Notes under the pieces: model-generated
Seen by the model: the letters and a program-made list of their open reading frames with translations, nothing else
Database searches by the model: none
What the model was told of the DNA's origin: nothing
Shown here: positions 40,631 to 52,690 of the stretch, piece by piece
Position numbering within the stretch: position 1 is the first letter of the stretch
How the letters are laid out: each line of letters opens with the position of its first letter
Translations under genes and position numbers: made by a program
Assembly (NCBI GenBank): GCA_030141605.1
Contig: JAQGDQ010000180.1
Coordinates: forward strand, 248,001 to 312,000
Reading direction: 5' to 3'
DNA length: 64,000 bases
Source: Tubiluchus corallicola
Taxonomy: Eukaryota > Animalia > Priapulida

Positions 40631-41329
40631 CACAGTATACACAATATATATCTATATATCCTATCCTATCGGAGAAAGTTGAAATTAATTTTGCGCTGGA
40701 ATTTCTGTCAGTATTTCTTTAAACTGCACATCAGGATTCTGTTTCGGTGCCTTTGTCGAAAGACCACACAAAGGTCACGGGATTATAATTTTCATAAGAC
40801 TTGTAATATCATTACCATTTCACAGAGAGATATTAGAAATAATACCAGGAAAGAAAGTGAACCAACGTGGATTGGAGGAGTATTTTCAATCTATATGTAT
40901 ATCAATACAACATATATGCTACGATTGTCCTGAAATTCCAGATAGTGAACACCTCTTTTTCAAAACCGGGCAGGACTATTTGAAATACTAATTAATGCCC
41001 AACTAAAGTTGGAGATTACTCAAGGAAGGACACCTTAACGATCGAAAGGATGAGAAACGTGTTGTCAACAAAGCTTGGGGTTCAATTCTACGTTGTCCTT
41101 TTCAAGAATAATTTCAATAAAGTCACCTTTATAAATTGCACAAATTGTAGACCAGAACACTACAAAACTCAAAATGCTTGTCCGTTTGGTTGGAAATGAC
41201 GCAGCTATAGAATTCAGAATCTGCTTTTCTTTCTGAACCATAGAGTTTTTTAGTTATTATTTTTTTATTATTAAAGGAAAGCACAGTCGATTTTAAAGTA
41301 TGTAACCAAAAAAACTTTCCATACAAGTT

Positions 41330-41720
41330 ACGTCACTTAATATTAGGCTTATGAGTTTGAAAGACTTGCGTAAATGGAAAAGAAAATTCTTAGTGATTTT
41401 AAAATATTCGCGCCACCTGGTGATAAAATGTCACTGATGCACCATCCCAGCATGCACCACTGACTCACCAAAAATTTTATTATTAATCTTATAAATAAGA
41501 TAAAATAATTTGTACTTTTGCATAGTTGACGAAACGTGTAGCATGAATGCTCTGATTATTCTTTCAAATTGTTTCAAACGACTTACCATCATCGCAGAAG
41601 TTTAAATTTACAAGTTTTAGTGTTACTGCTAGCGCAAGCCCGCTCTGCAACAAGATAGCATGAGAGTAATATAAAATTTCAAGTGTCGTGAACTTGATTT
41701 TTTCCGAGTCGTACTTTGTT
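41330..41720 (+). mobile_element. Family J fragment
   Basis: Homologous to 4450-4870 (gcaccactgactcaccaaaa...aatgctctgattatt). Confidence 0.55.
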
Positions 41721-42424
41721 GTACTCCATGCTTATGAATCGTTTGCAACAACTTGGGTAGCATTTAGCTGCAGCGGTTGCACATTCTCTATTGCAGTAAT
41801 GCTGACTGCTTGACTGGTTATTTCATCCATTATTGGCCCACTTTAAATAAAAAAAATCACCCCACCCCATGATAAAAAATGCCCTGTTTTCGGGTACTTT
41901 TTCTGACGGTACGGAGAAATTTCGAGATTTCCTTTAATGAAAAATATTTTATTTTATCATCGCTTGGGCTGTGCCCGAAAAATTTGGTGATTATCCGAAA
42001 AAAATGTGTTTGCCCTACTCTGGGGTTGCTGTAGCCCTCCAGCAACTCTCCGTGCCACTGGCTCGTATGACTATAATCTATATACGCAAAGCAAAGGTGG
42101 GGTTCCCTAAAACATGCGTGTACAAAGTTTACGCACGCACGCTTCTCAAGTGCGCGTAATGGCAAATTTCAGCACGCGGAACCATATATTTTCATGAGTG
42201 TGAAATTGCAGAATTAGAACAGCATCTGGTCCCAGGAAATCATCATCTATTGCTTATTATCAATAGGCTTTCTGGGTCCAACTTCTCTGCTAACATACGG
42301 TAATATTCCTGGTATTTCATACTGTCCAGTTCCAACTCCGTCACTAGATGATAGTATGCTCCAAACTTATGTCGTTGCTTGAGCATGTCATGGACCCAGA
42401 ACTCGTGCCTCCTGCATGCACCAC

Positions 42425-42826
42425 CAGGGGCGTATTAACCAATAGACTAACTAGGGCGCCACAGTTTGAGGGGCGTCACATTGTAGAAAAATTCTTATAC
42501 TCCTCGAAAAATGTGTATATTTTCATACTCATGTAAATAGCGTATTTTATAACATAGATATTGAGCGCAGCTTCTATATAAGTGCCACATAGCGAACAGG
42601 TGCAAGGTATTACGCAACGATCAGTTGCGCAGCCTGCTTGAATATAAGCGCTATGCAAATACATGTAATTAATAATGACCTCGTAGAAACTAGGTTAACA
42701 GCGTTTCTAATACACCACAAGTAATTGTGTAAATTCCTCATTACATAAACAACTATAAATTCACAATAGAGATGGGCGGGAAAGAACAATCAGTCTGGGG
42801 CGTCATAAAATCTTGATACGCCCCGT
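42425..42826 (+). mobile_element. hAT-like MITE family F, near complete
   Basis: caggggcgtat ... atacgcccc; degenerate 8-bp flanks tgcaccac/ttcatcac. Confidence 0.75.
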
Positions 42827-43019
42827 TCATCACTGAGTGATAGTAATCTGAACTGCAACAAACGACTCCTTTATCTGCGTCAAAGAAGAAACGTCAAAAT
42901 TTCCAACCTGTTGCTGGTCATGATGCGAGAAAATACCAGCATGCGGAAACGCCCAGACGGAAACAGTGGCGCACAACTGTAGTGAACTGACTTTTCCGCG
43001 CACTGCAACGCTCGCGAAA

Positions 43020-43302
43020 TCGTCCACATACGCGAACTCGCCGCGCGAACGTGCGCAAATACCCGTATCAGGAACGTTTCGGACGCAATCGTGCACTTAC
43101 GCGAACTCGCCGCGCAAACGTGCGCAAATACCCGTATCAGGAACGTTTCGTACGCAATCGTGCACATACGCGAACTCGCCGCGCGAGCGTGCGTAAATAC
43201 GCGTATCAGAAACGTTTCGTACGCAATCGTGCACATACGCGAACTCGCCGCGCGAGCGTGCGCAAATACGCGTATCAGGAACGTTTCGTATATACGCTCC
43301 TG
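43020..43302. repeat. CpG-rich 69-bp tandem repeat, about 4 copies
   Basis: cgcgaactcgccgcgc recurs at 43031, 43100, 43169 and 43238. Confidence 0.93.
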
Positions 43303-43645
43303 ACGCAATATACATCAATTCGGGGCTTCTTTTCAGAAGCAGTTGGGCTGTCTGCTCCAAAAAGGAAGATGAAGCCAGATACGTGTCTTAGAGTTCATTG
43401 TGACAGGTACATAACCGGTTGATGACCTTAGGCTAATGAGAAGTTGAACGGAAGCCAAACACGATATCCGGATATTAAGCGTACAAACGACAATACTACC
43501 GACTCATTGTTACACAGATACTGCAGATGTCTAGTAGGAAAAGTTATTGTTGGTGCTACGGTGATATTTGAAAATGACATTTCAAATATGACTGCAGGAC
43601 GCAGGATGATAGGGCTAAATTGGTGAATTTATAAGTTATTTGCGA

Positions 43646-44050
43646 ATAAGCCTTTTCGCAGGTTCGCTGTGCGCACGCGCAGTTGATGTAGGTCAGAGGT
43701 TAAGTGTACCGCAGCAACGCATCTTAACTACAACTGTCACGTGACGTATTGGTGAAGCACATCTGTCTGCCGTATCAGTTCAATGACTTCAACTGTTTTG
43801 CGAAAACTTTACTTAATTATGCATTAGTCTGTGCGTAGAGTGATTTACTAGCAGGATCTTGTTTGAGAACGAGAAAAAATTAACTAGGTTCTAGCTAGGT
43901 AAGGTTTTAGCTAGCTGTTAAAACTGTTGCTTTTACAATAGCTTGGGCTGTGAGGCGTTGTCAAGTGTACACAAATGTGTTGACTGGTACACTTAACCTT
44001 TGACCTTTTCACGATCATCATCAATCGCTGGAACTGTGAAAAGGCTTACT
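43646..44050. mobile_element. MITE family C
   Basis: aataagccttttcgcag ... ctgtgaaaaggcttact; gcg on both flanks. Confidence 0.8.
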
Positions 44051-44299
44051 GCGTCTGATTGTCATTTACACGTAAAAAAACAAGCGTTTAACATTGGCTT
44101 CATTTACGCGTTTGTGATGAGCTGCCTCAGAGTGGCTTCTAAATAAATAGGGCTTGTGGCAATGGAAATTCAAGCGCGCAAATCTTTTAACCAGTTACAA
44201 ACGAGGCTTTGATCGCTCGTTGTTTCGTTTTTTTCCCGGGTGTTCACGCTACCTAACACCTTGGTGGTAAAGAGAAGTTTCCAAGATACAAGCAAGTCC

Positions 44300-44745
44300 T
44301 TCTAGGAGGTTAGGCTTACTTTAAATGTTCGCGAAAAATGTTAGGACTTAGCAATAAGTGCCTTGTGTAATTAGTAAAATTACTTTAAAGTCGCGATCAC
44401 TTCATGCTTGGACGCTCCCATTTTCAATTCCCATTCTACTTCAGATGACATCATTCGTCTTGAAGAATAGTAGTGCACTGTCAATCTTCATCAAAAGTAT
44501 AATAAGTTTTTACAAAAAAACTAGATAGCTAATTTTGTAATATTTGTTGTTGAACATTAGGTAAGCTGCAGTAGATTGAGTTAGTTTAAGCAGCGTGCGC
44601 TTACGGAAAGCCACGATGAGCTTACGAAAAGTCACGAACTCTCCCAGTTACGTCATGATTTTCAAGTGAATGGCGGCAACCACCACGCCTGAAAATTTTT
44701 ATTCAAAGGCTGTATATTTCAAATCTATGCTTTATATGCTTGACA
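44300..44745 (+). mobile_element. MITE family D, partial
   Basis: Reverse-complement homology to 32400-32850. Confidence 0.75.
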
Positions 44746-44871
44746 ATTATAGTGAGAGCATTCTAGGAAGAAATGTTCAGAGTTTTCAAAATAATTTGGG
44801 GAGACGAGGAAACCGTGAGAAACGTTGCAGCCTTTTTAAAACAAATTACCAGACATGCTTCTATTCTAACA

Positions 44872-46124
44872 TTAAAGCAAAACCGAACCCAATCTTGAAC
44901 TGCAGGTCAAAACAATCTACTCTTTAAAATATTGAAAGGAAACACTATTTTTTTCAAAAATAACATACGTGAAAGAATTGTTACCACACAAACACAATTT
45001 CATGTTCGCGCCACTAGCTCTTCGCTGTTACATGCATTTCGCCATTCGCTAGTTAGATGGGCACTAGCGCCTGCATTTCGGAAAGCGTTGTGCAAAAAAC
45101 AGGTGCTCAGTTCAGGTATGTTAGTTTGTGACGAACTACACACCTTCGACAACTCATGCGTGAGCACACTGGTAAATTTGAAGTGTGAATTTTTATCTTA
45201 AAACTTGCCTAGTCTTAGTACAACACAGTGAATATCTTACAGTAGCACTGTACTTTCACAAACACGTGCAACACGCTCGTGGAATATTTTTGCTGTTGAA
45301 AATTATGTTAGTTTGTGATGTTATCGTACTAGTCAAGTTTTCATCGTTTTATCTGCACTTTTATTCATTTGCACGTACTTGTGTGTTGATATTGTAGTAA
45401 CCATGTACCATATATTTTGTACTTTTAGCTGTAAGTAAGCTATATCGAAAGTAAAATTACAGCTAAAAGTACAAAATACATGGTACATGGTATAAAAAAA
45501 TAATATATCGACAATGTATCGAAAGTAAAATTACAGCTAAAAGTACAAAATACATGGTACATGGTATAAAAAAATAATATATCGACAATGTATCGAAAGT
45601 AAAATTATAGCTAAAAGTACAAAACACATGGTACATGGTATAAAAAAATAATATATCGACAATGTATCGAAAGTAAAATTACAGCTAAAAGTACAAAATA
45701 CATGGTACATGGTATAAAAAATAATATATCGACAATGTATCGAAAGTAAAATTATAGCTAAAAGTACAAAACACATGGTACATGGTATAAAAAAATAATA
45801 TATACGACAATGTATCGAAAGTAAAATTACAGCTAAAAGTACAAAGTACATCGTATATATTTTACGATGTTTTTAATGGACATTTAAGTCTCTTGACTTC
45901 TGTTCATAGATGTATTATAGATAAAATAAAAATAAATGTTAGTTGGGCTCTCCTGCCGTTAATTAAGTTTTCAACCTATTCTTTAATAGGTCAGAAACGC
46001 TTTTGCAGTAATAATTGTGTTTACATTTAAATGTGTATTTAATGTATTTGAATTGTGTATTAAATGTATAGATTTTACCCTACTTGAAAATGGGATAGTA
46101 TGAAATGAAAAATCATCCTGTCTT
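44872..46124 (-). mobile_element. MITE family B interrupted by a repeat-bearing insertion of about 600 bp
   Basis: Family B sequence stops at about 45325 and resumes at about 45940. Confidence 0.8.
45440..45855. repeat. 74-bp tandem repeat, about 5.5 copies
   Basis: tcgaaagtaaaatt recurs at about 74-bp spacing from 45445. Confidence 0.93.
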
Positions 46125-46229
46125 ATTGTAAGATTTTCACTCTGCCAACAGGTGCTGTTATTTTCTCGTTTTTCATTAGCAACTTGCGCTGTTTTAATGC
46201 TACGAACAGCAAATTATCGAGCAAGCAAG

Positions 46230-46491
46230 CAGGTATAAGAACAAAGCGAGCGTTGGTGGTTGCTTATAATAGAGAACACGTTTAAAAACTCCTGCTTGCG
46301 ACAAATGACCGGACACGCACATCATTATCAGCTTCGTAGGTGCGCTAAGCGACGCGCGCGTGTCACTCACGCGCCTACCTTGCGCTCCTCACTCCGATCA
46401 GATGCTAAAAGAGCACGAGAGCTGAGAAGAGATCTTGTTGTTCCATCGTGTGCTCCCCCGTCCAACACGGATCGCTATAGTAAAGGTGAGT
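46230..46491 (+). promoter_or_regulatory. Candidate CpG-rich promoter / non-coding first exon
   Basis: Local CpG cluster (cgacgcgcgcgtg) not matching the repeat families seen here, ending at a consensus donor AAG|GTGAGT. Confidence 0.4.
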
Positions 46492-48154
46492 TCTAACTAA
46501 CTGTTTCGTATAAACGTACCTTAGAACCGTGATATTGAGACGACAACCTGGTAAACCACTCAAGTTAAATGTTTCAGGAGTTAGTATTAACTTTTAAAAT
46601 ATATGAAATCATATGAGTTCATATGAAATTTTTATTTGTTATTTAAGAAAGTAAATAAGGAAGCACGTAAGTAAGTAAGTAAGTAAGTAAATAAGTAAGT
46701 AAGTAAGTAAGCAAGTAAATAACATGTTTATTTGCCATAATAATATTGGGAAATACTACAAAGTATTAAGGCGCTGTTAAAAAGTTAAAAACAAGCACTC
46801 TCAAATGTGTCAGTTTTTGCAAATGTAATTTACAGATACAAAAAATAATATAACTTCAAACTTAAACTTTACATATTTCACTTATTTACAAACTGGCTAT
46901 CAGTAAAATTAAGTCGTTTAATATGACCTGGGGTAAATGAATTGTGCATTAGTGTGAAAGTTGTCATATTGTTAGGTTCAAATCTTGACATCATTAAAGC
47001 TTTTGTTTCGGTTTTGAACGCGGTTAATGATTTAACACGTTTGATTTCGACTGGCAGTGAATTTCAGAGGTGGACGGCATTTTTTGCTATTGAATTGTTT
47101 CCAAAGTGATTGTTTGTTCTGGTTTGTTTCAAATTAAACGTTCTGGCGTTTAACTTGGGGTTTTGAGCAGTGCTAATTTGTTACTTTTGAAAGGAATACT
47201 TAAATTACTTTTCATTTGAAAATGAATTATAATGTACGATAATCTTTATTAGCTTCTACGTTGGGGATTTTTAGTTAGTTACAGAATATGCGTTCTTATG
47301 TTTGGCATGTTGATGATTTGTGTCATACACCTGATATTAATTTACATTTTACATTACATTTACATTTATTATTATTATCACATTCAGTACAATATAATGA
47401 CATTAAGCAGACAGTGACATCAAAATTATTACATCTACTGTATTAAATTGTTATGTTTCATACACTATCGTTAATATAAACGAATAATTGTACTGCAGTG
47501 GGCTAGAGAAGCAAAGGCTTGTATAAGCCCACTGTCATGTGAACCAGATAAAAAAAGAATGGATGAGTGAACAAAAAAAGAACTGGGAGAAAGGTTAGAT
47601 CACACAGGAAGGGTGGAAGGATGTGTTAGTGGAAATGGTAGGCAGAAAGATAGTAGATTGTGCTATGTTGACATCAGCTCTAAGGATTTATCAATGATGC
47701 CTTGTTTTGCATAATCTGTACCAGGATTGTGGTATGACTGCTGCAGTAGGTGTGGGAAATTAGGAAGTGTTGTACTTGTTAATTTAGTCGAGTAATAAGC
47801 ATAATTCCAGTATAAGACACACAATCGTCAGATATCAGCAAGCCACATTGGCAATAAATATTATGCGACGCGATAATCGACTTTTAAAGAATTTTGCAGT
47901 TGATAGATACACTAGCTGTTCTCATCTGCCGCCTGGCCCTCAGTTTAGTAAATATTCTGATTCATGGTGTCAACTTCGCTTGCAATTGTTTAGGTAAGTC
48001 AGGGCGCATGAGTCAATTTTTCATTCAGGATAGGTTCAGTATAACCCACATTGGAAACAATGGTTGAAGTTGAATCCATTGAAACGCACTGATTCAGTCT
48101 GATGTTGATAGGACAGTATGAAGTGTCCCAGCGGCTAGGAATCGCGTTATCAGA

Positions 48155-48250
48155 GTTCTCAGAAGTTCTCAGAAGTTCACAGAATTTCTCATAAGTTCTC
48201 AGAGTTCTCAGAAGTTCTCAAAAGTTCTCGGAAGTTCTCAGAGTTCTCAG
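48155..48250. repeat. (AGAAGTTCTC)n decamer array
   Basis: Seen directly. Confidence 0.9.
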
Positions 48251-49177
48251 AATGTTTATTCACTGATTACTCGAACACGATATTTTGGTTGAGTCCATAG
48301 TTCACTACAAAAAGGGACTTTTAATCATATAACGTGAACATTACTGTCAAAAAATAACTGAAGAATTATTTACAAATTCTCACTACACTTATTACCGCCC
48401 AACATGATCATTACTGTCCAAAAACAGCTCAAGGGTTATTTACAAATTCACAATATGACATTAGGTTTTCATTGAAAAATTCATGCAGAACGTTGAAGTT
48501 CAGTTCAGTGTTATCTTCACGTAGGTGATTCGTAAGTGGACAAAAACAGATAACATGCTCTTCTGTTTGAATGTTTAAACCAGGACAGGAGAAAGACATC
48601 AAGACAACGAAATTTTATACGAAAGCAGCGATAATAAAATGAATAGAAAAGAGAATGACGTAACATATATAAACAAAGATGACTTCCTACAAGAAACTAC
48701 TTTTAATGAGACCAGAGATAGTAAACCAAACCGACAAGAGAGTGATGAAATAGCCAACAATGAACCCATAAACGAAATATCCATAAAAGCCGAAGAACAA
48801 GATAATGAAAATTCTGTAGAAGTGCTGCCCGCAGTGGAAAGTCTTGTGAAAGAAACGAACTTGACTGCGATAACGTAGATTCAGTTCTTAGATCTCCTGC
48901 CACTAAGCAAGCAAAACAAATCGATGATGATCGAAGTTCAGGCGAAAACGTTCAATTTTCACCCCAACAAACTATACTGGAAACGCAAGTCATTGCACTA
49001 GTTGATTTAGTTACTCAACAAACTAGTAACCTTCAATCATTGGAGGCAAAGATAATCGAACTGCAAACTGAGTATCGACCTTCAAGCAGCTGTGCTACTA
49101 AACTTAATGACTTGATAGCAAAAACCGACCTACATACTCATTTAAGCACCCAAATAAGCCACTGTTATTGAAGATCT

Positions 49178-49735
49178 TGAGATTACGGCCAAATCACAAG
49201 GGTTCTCGTCTGATCGCCGAAGTTAAGCAACATAGAGCCTGGTTAGTACTTGGATGGGTGACCGCCCAGGAATACCAGGTACTGTAGGCTTGCGGGATGC
49301 CCACACTGTATCTCGACACTAGGTGGAGGAGCTGCACAAGCAGCCAACGGCTAGAGGGCGGGGGAGGTCAAGTGACCCAACGGCCATGTGTAGAGTAAAC
49401 ATTCCAAATCAGGAGTGGAGCCCCGAAGGCGGACCAGTGCAGCATGCTCACTGACTCCGGCCGCTTCTGCAGCCAACCTGGTGCCAAACGTATCGCTCCG
49501 CTTTCCTTTGGACTACACCAGGGAGAAAGAGAGGGGGTTCCTGTTGTCTGGGCCGCGCTCAGGTTCTCCATACACCTTGCCCAGGCGTGTGCCCTGGAAG
49601 GGCCACTCCAGTGGTTCAAGGATCGGATTGCTCAGCCACAGTCGACGCTGCAGCTCCATCAGTGTGATCAATAACTGACTCTCTTGGCGCACACTCCTTT
49701 GTCTTCCGAGACAGAAGGACGCCAACAATAACTTA
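49178..49735 (+). mobile_element. 5S-rRNA-derived SINE (SINE3 class), copy 2, full length
   Basis: 49181-49291 is a near full-length 5S sequence with boxes A/IE/C; 440-bp body; tail gccaacaataac; TSD attgaagatct at 49167-49177 and 49736-49746. Confidence 0.93.
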
Positions 49736-50600
49736 ATTGAAGATCTACAGATTGGGAATGCCAGCTATGAGCGTAAAATTAATGAGTTAGAAGCTGAACT
49801 TAACAAACTTAAACAACAACAACAGCTGACTAGCTGACTTAGAAAAAAAGGACAATTACATACGAGATCTAGAAAAGCAAAACGAGGAACTTCAACAGCA
49901 AAATAAATATAATAGAGTTGAAAAAGAAAGATTAAACACAGAGCTAGTGCATATTCGGGAATCCTTGTTACAAAAAGAGAAGACCATTGAAAGTTTCTTA
50001 ATGAGCCGTATCCAACCTGAAGCACCTACAGAGACAACAAATACTTACGTCAGTGTTGTCAGTAATAACGGGAAACGTGGTCAGGTGAACACCTCTAACA
50101 CAACAACGACACCTGCTTTATAAGCCGTTAATCAACAATCATCCACTAACAGTGATGTCAACAGCCTTACAGACGTATCCTTCATTCACGACTCGATTGC
50201 TAAAAGTGTAAACGCGTCCTTATTACAAAACAAGAAATTGCATATACGTTAGACCAGCTGAAAGAAATAGCTATCAACATGGAATGGTCCAAAGTAATAC
50301 ACGTAGGAGTCTATGACTTGCAAAAGTTCGAACTAGACTTGGAAGAATACATCATCAATTATACGAATGTGATATCCATTTAAAAAACAAATGTGACTGT
50401 ATCATGGTGTCGTTAGTTAACTCAACCAGCAAATCTAGCCTGATGTACAAAGTGAAGTTATTTAATGCTATGCAAATTTTATCAAAATGATGCACATCAC
50501 CTCAACGTTGCAGGCACAAAAATTGTAGCTTTGCACATTAAAAGAGCCTTAGCAAAAGTGAACAGTAGCCTATCAACACCGATATGGGGAAGAAAAGCAA

Positions 50601-51081
50601 ACTTCGACATATCAATCAGCCACACAAAACAATGGCAGAACAGCCCTAACAAATACTGGAACTTCGACATATCAATCAGCCACACAAAACAATGGCAGAA
50701 CAGCCCTAATAAATACTGGAACTTCGACATACCAATCAGCCACACAAAACAATTGCAGAACATGGCTAACAAATACTGGAAGTTTGACATACCAATCAGC
50801 CACACAAAACAATTGCAGAACATCGCTAACAAATACTGGAAGTTTGACATACCAATCAGCCACACAAAACAATGGCAGAACAGCCCTAATAAATACTGGA
50901 ACTTCGACATACCAATCAGCCACACAAAACAATTGCAGAACATCGCTAACAAATACTGGAAGTTTGACATACCAATCAGCCACACAAAACAATGGCAGAA
51001 CAGCGCTAACAAATACTGGAAGTTTGACATACCAATCAGCCACACAAAACAATGGCAGAACATCGCTAACAAATACTGGAA
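50601..51081. repeat. 60-bp tandem repeat, 8 copies
   Basis: gacataccaatcagccacacaaaacaatggcagaaca..ctaacaaatactgga at exact 60-bp period. Confidence 0.97.
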
Positions 51082-51297
51082 CAAGCAGCACATAGACTCT
51101 CGTAGATGAAATTGTAGGCAAATTGGTGTTTCAACTAAACCCCCACACTAAATGGAAACAACAAACAGAACGGCACAAGAAGCAAAGCAGCATCTAGAAG
51201 ACCATGTGATCACAGAATTATCATGAAACTCCGAAACGACTTCTGGACAACTATTGATCAAAAACAAATAAATAAAGAAGCTTAGAAAACGTTCAAA

Positions 51298-51655
51298 ACA
51301 CTGTCAATCTTCATCAAAAGTATAATAAGTTTATACAAAAACGTTAGACAGCTAATTTCGTAATATTATTGCGTGAACATTAGGTAAGCTGTAGAATTTG
51401 AATTAAGTAGCTGTAGCTGTAAGCTGTAGTAATTCCGCGCTTACGGAAAGCCACGATGCGCTTACGAAAAGTCACGAAGTCTCCCAGTTACGTCATAATT
51501 TTCAAGTGAATGGCAAGCAACACCCACGCCTGAAAATTTCTATTCAGAGGTAGCTTATTTTAAATTGATGCTTCACAGTAAGTTTTTTTTGCAAATTTCT
51601 TTGTTATATTTTTTCAAGTTTAAGTGATAACAGTAAAATAAACCCAACAAATAAA
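51298..51655 (+). mobile_element. MITE family D, partial
   Basis: Homologous to 44475-44740 and 58985-59180. Confidence 0.75.
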
Positions 51656-51879
51656 CCCATAAGATGACATTGCGTGCTCACGTTCAATGTTCTTACCTAT
51701 TTCTGCTCTTCTGTTACAAAACTAGAAACGTTTAAACGGTTTTATTGATGACACCCGATCCTGCAGAAGTTTCTGTAAAGAAGCCAGCAGATCACCTGAA
51801 GCCAAAGATTTAACGATAATTTATGCTTCTCATAACGCCATGTTTGCTTTTTCAATACTGTTCGATGCATTATACGCCG

Positions 51880-52120
51880 AAATCTGCTACTCATTGGCAG
51901 CCTTTTCATTGCATTGCCGCTTATGGCGGGAATGGAACCTATCTCATCATCAAAGATAAGCTCTAAGACAAATAACTATACCTACAACTATGTCTATGTC
52001 TCTAAAATCTGCTACTCACTGGCAGCCTCTTCATTGCATTGTCGCTTATGGCGGGAATGGAACCTATCTCATCATCAAAGATAAGCTCTAAGACGAATAG
52101 CTAAACCTATAACCATATCT
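51880..52120. repeat. Two-copy tandem duplication of about 125 bp
   Basis: aaatctgctactca...gataagctctaagac occurs twice. Confidence 0.9.
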
Positions 52121-52206
52121 ATTTAATAGAAGTTTATTTAACAAAAGTTTATTTAAATTTTAAACCAGCAGATGTCTTAGCTACGTAGGCATTCATAAAT
52201 GCCTGC

Positions 52207-52690
52207 TAAAGGGGAATTTTAAACTGTATCCCAAAGAAATTATGCTATTTGGTATTACGTTTAGCTGTTTGACAGACTTATGTAACAGGAAAAGAAAATT
52301 CCTAACGATTCAAAATGTTTGCGCCAGTTGGTAAAACGTCACTGTTTCACTGTCCCACTATGCATCACTGATTCACCAAAAACACGATATGGATCTTACT
52401 GCCATTATAAAGTAATTCAAGCTTTTGCGTAATTAGTCACGTGTGGGCCACGAATACTCTGATTATTTTAGCAAAAATTTACGCAATGTTACGTAAACTT
52501 GTTTTAAACGATTTACCATTAAAATGGCTGCGCCTAACGGTCATTGCGGAAGTTTAAATTCACTTATACAGCGTTACTGTTAACACAAGCTTTAGGTGCA
52601 ATAAGACACCGTCTAAGTGATACAAATTTCAAGACGAATTGTTTAAATTTTATTTATCAAGTATATTTCTTGTGCTTTAACGAAAACCGA
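52207..52690 (+). mobile_element. Family J-related element
   Basis: Homologous to 4490-4900 (aaaatggctgcgcctaacgg...tatacagcgttactg). Confidence 0.55.

Larger units (their letters stand above)
48560..51300 (+). pseudogene. Decayed LINE ORF1-like sequence: coiled-coil region plus SGNH esterase domain
   Basis: A-rich strand; DSIAKSVN (about 50190), IHVGVYDL (about 50300) and DAHHLNVAG..IVA (about 50490) resemble the GDS, HxGxND and DxxH blocks; many stops and frameshifts. Confidence 0.65.

Noticed and set aside
46700-48130. Host gene exons on the minus strand
   Set aside because: No sustained ORF or splice pattern; probably very decayed LINE sequence, too degraded to call.
49181-49291. Functional 5S rRNA gene
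   Set aside because: Deletion near the 5' end, no oligo-T terminator, continues into a repeated body and is flanked by a TSD: a SINE head.
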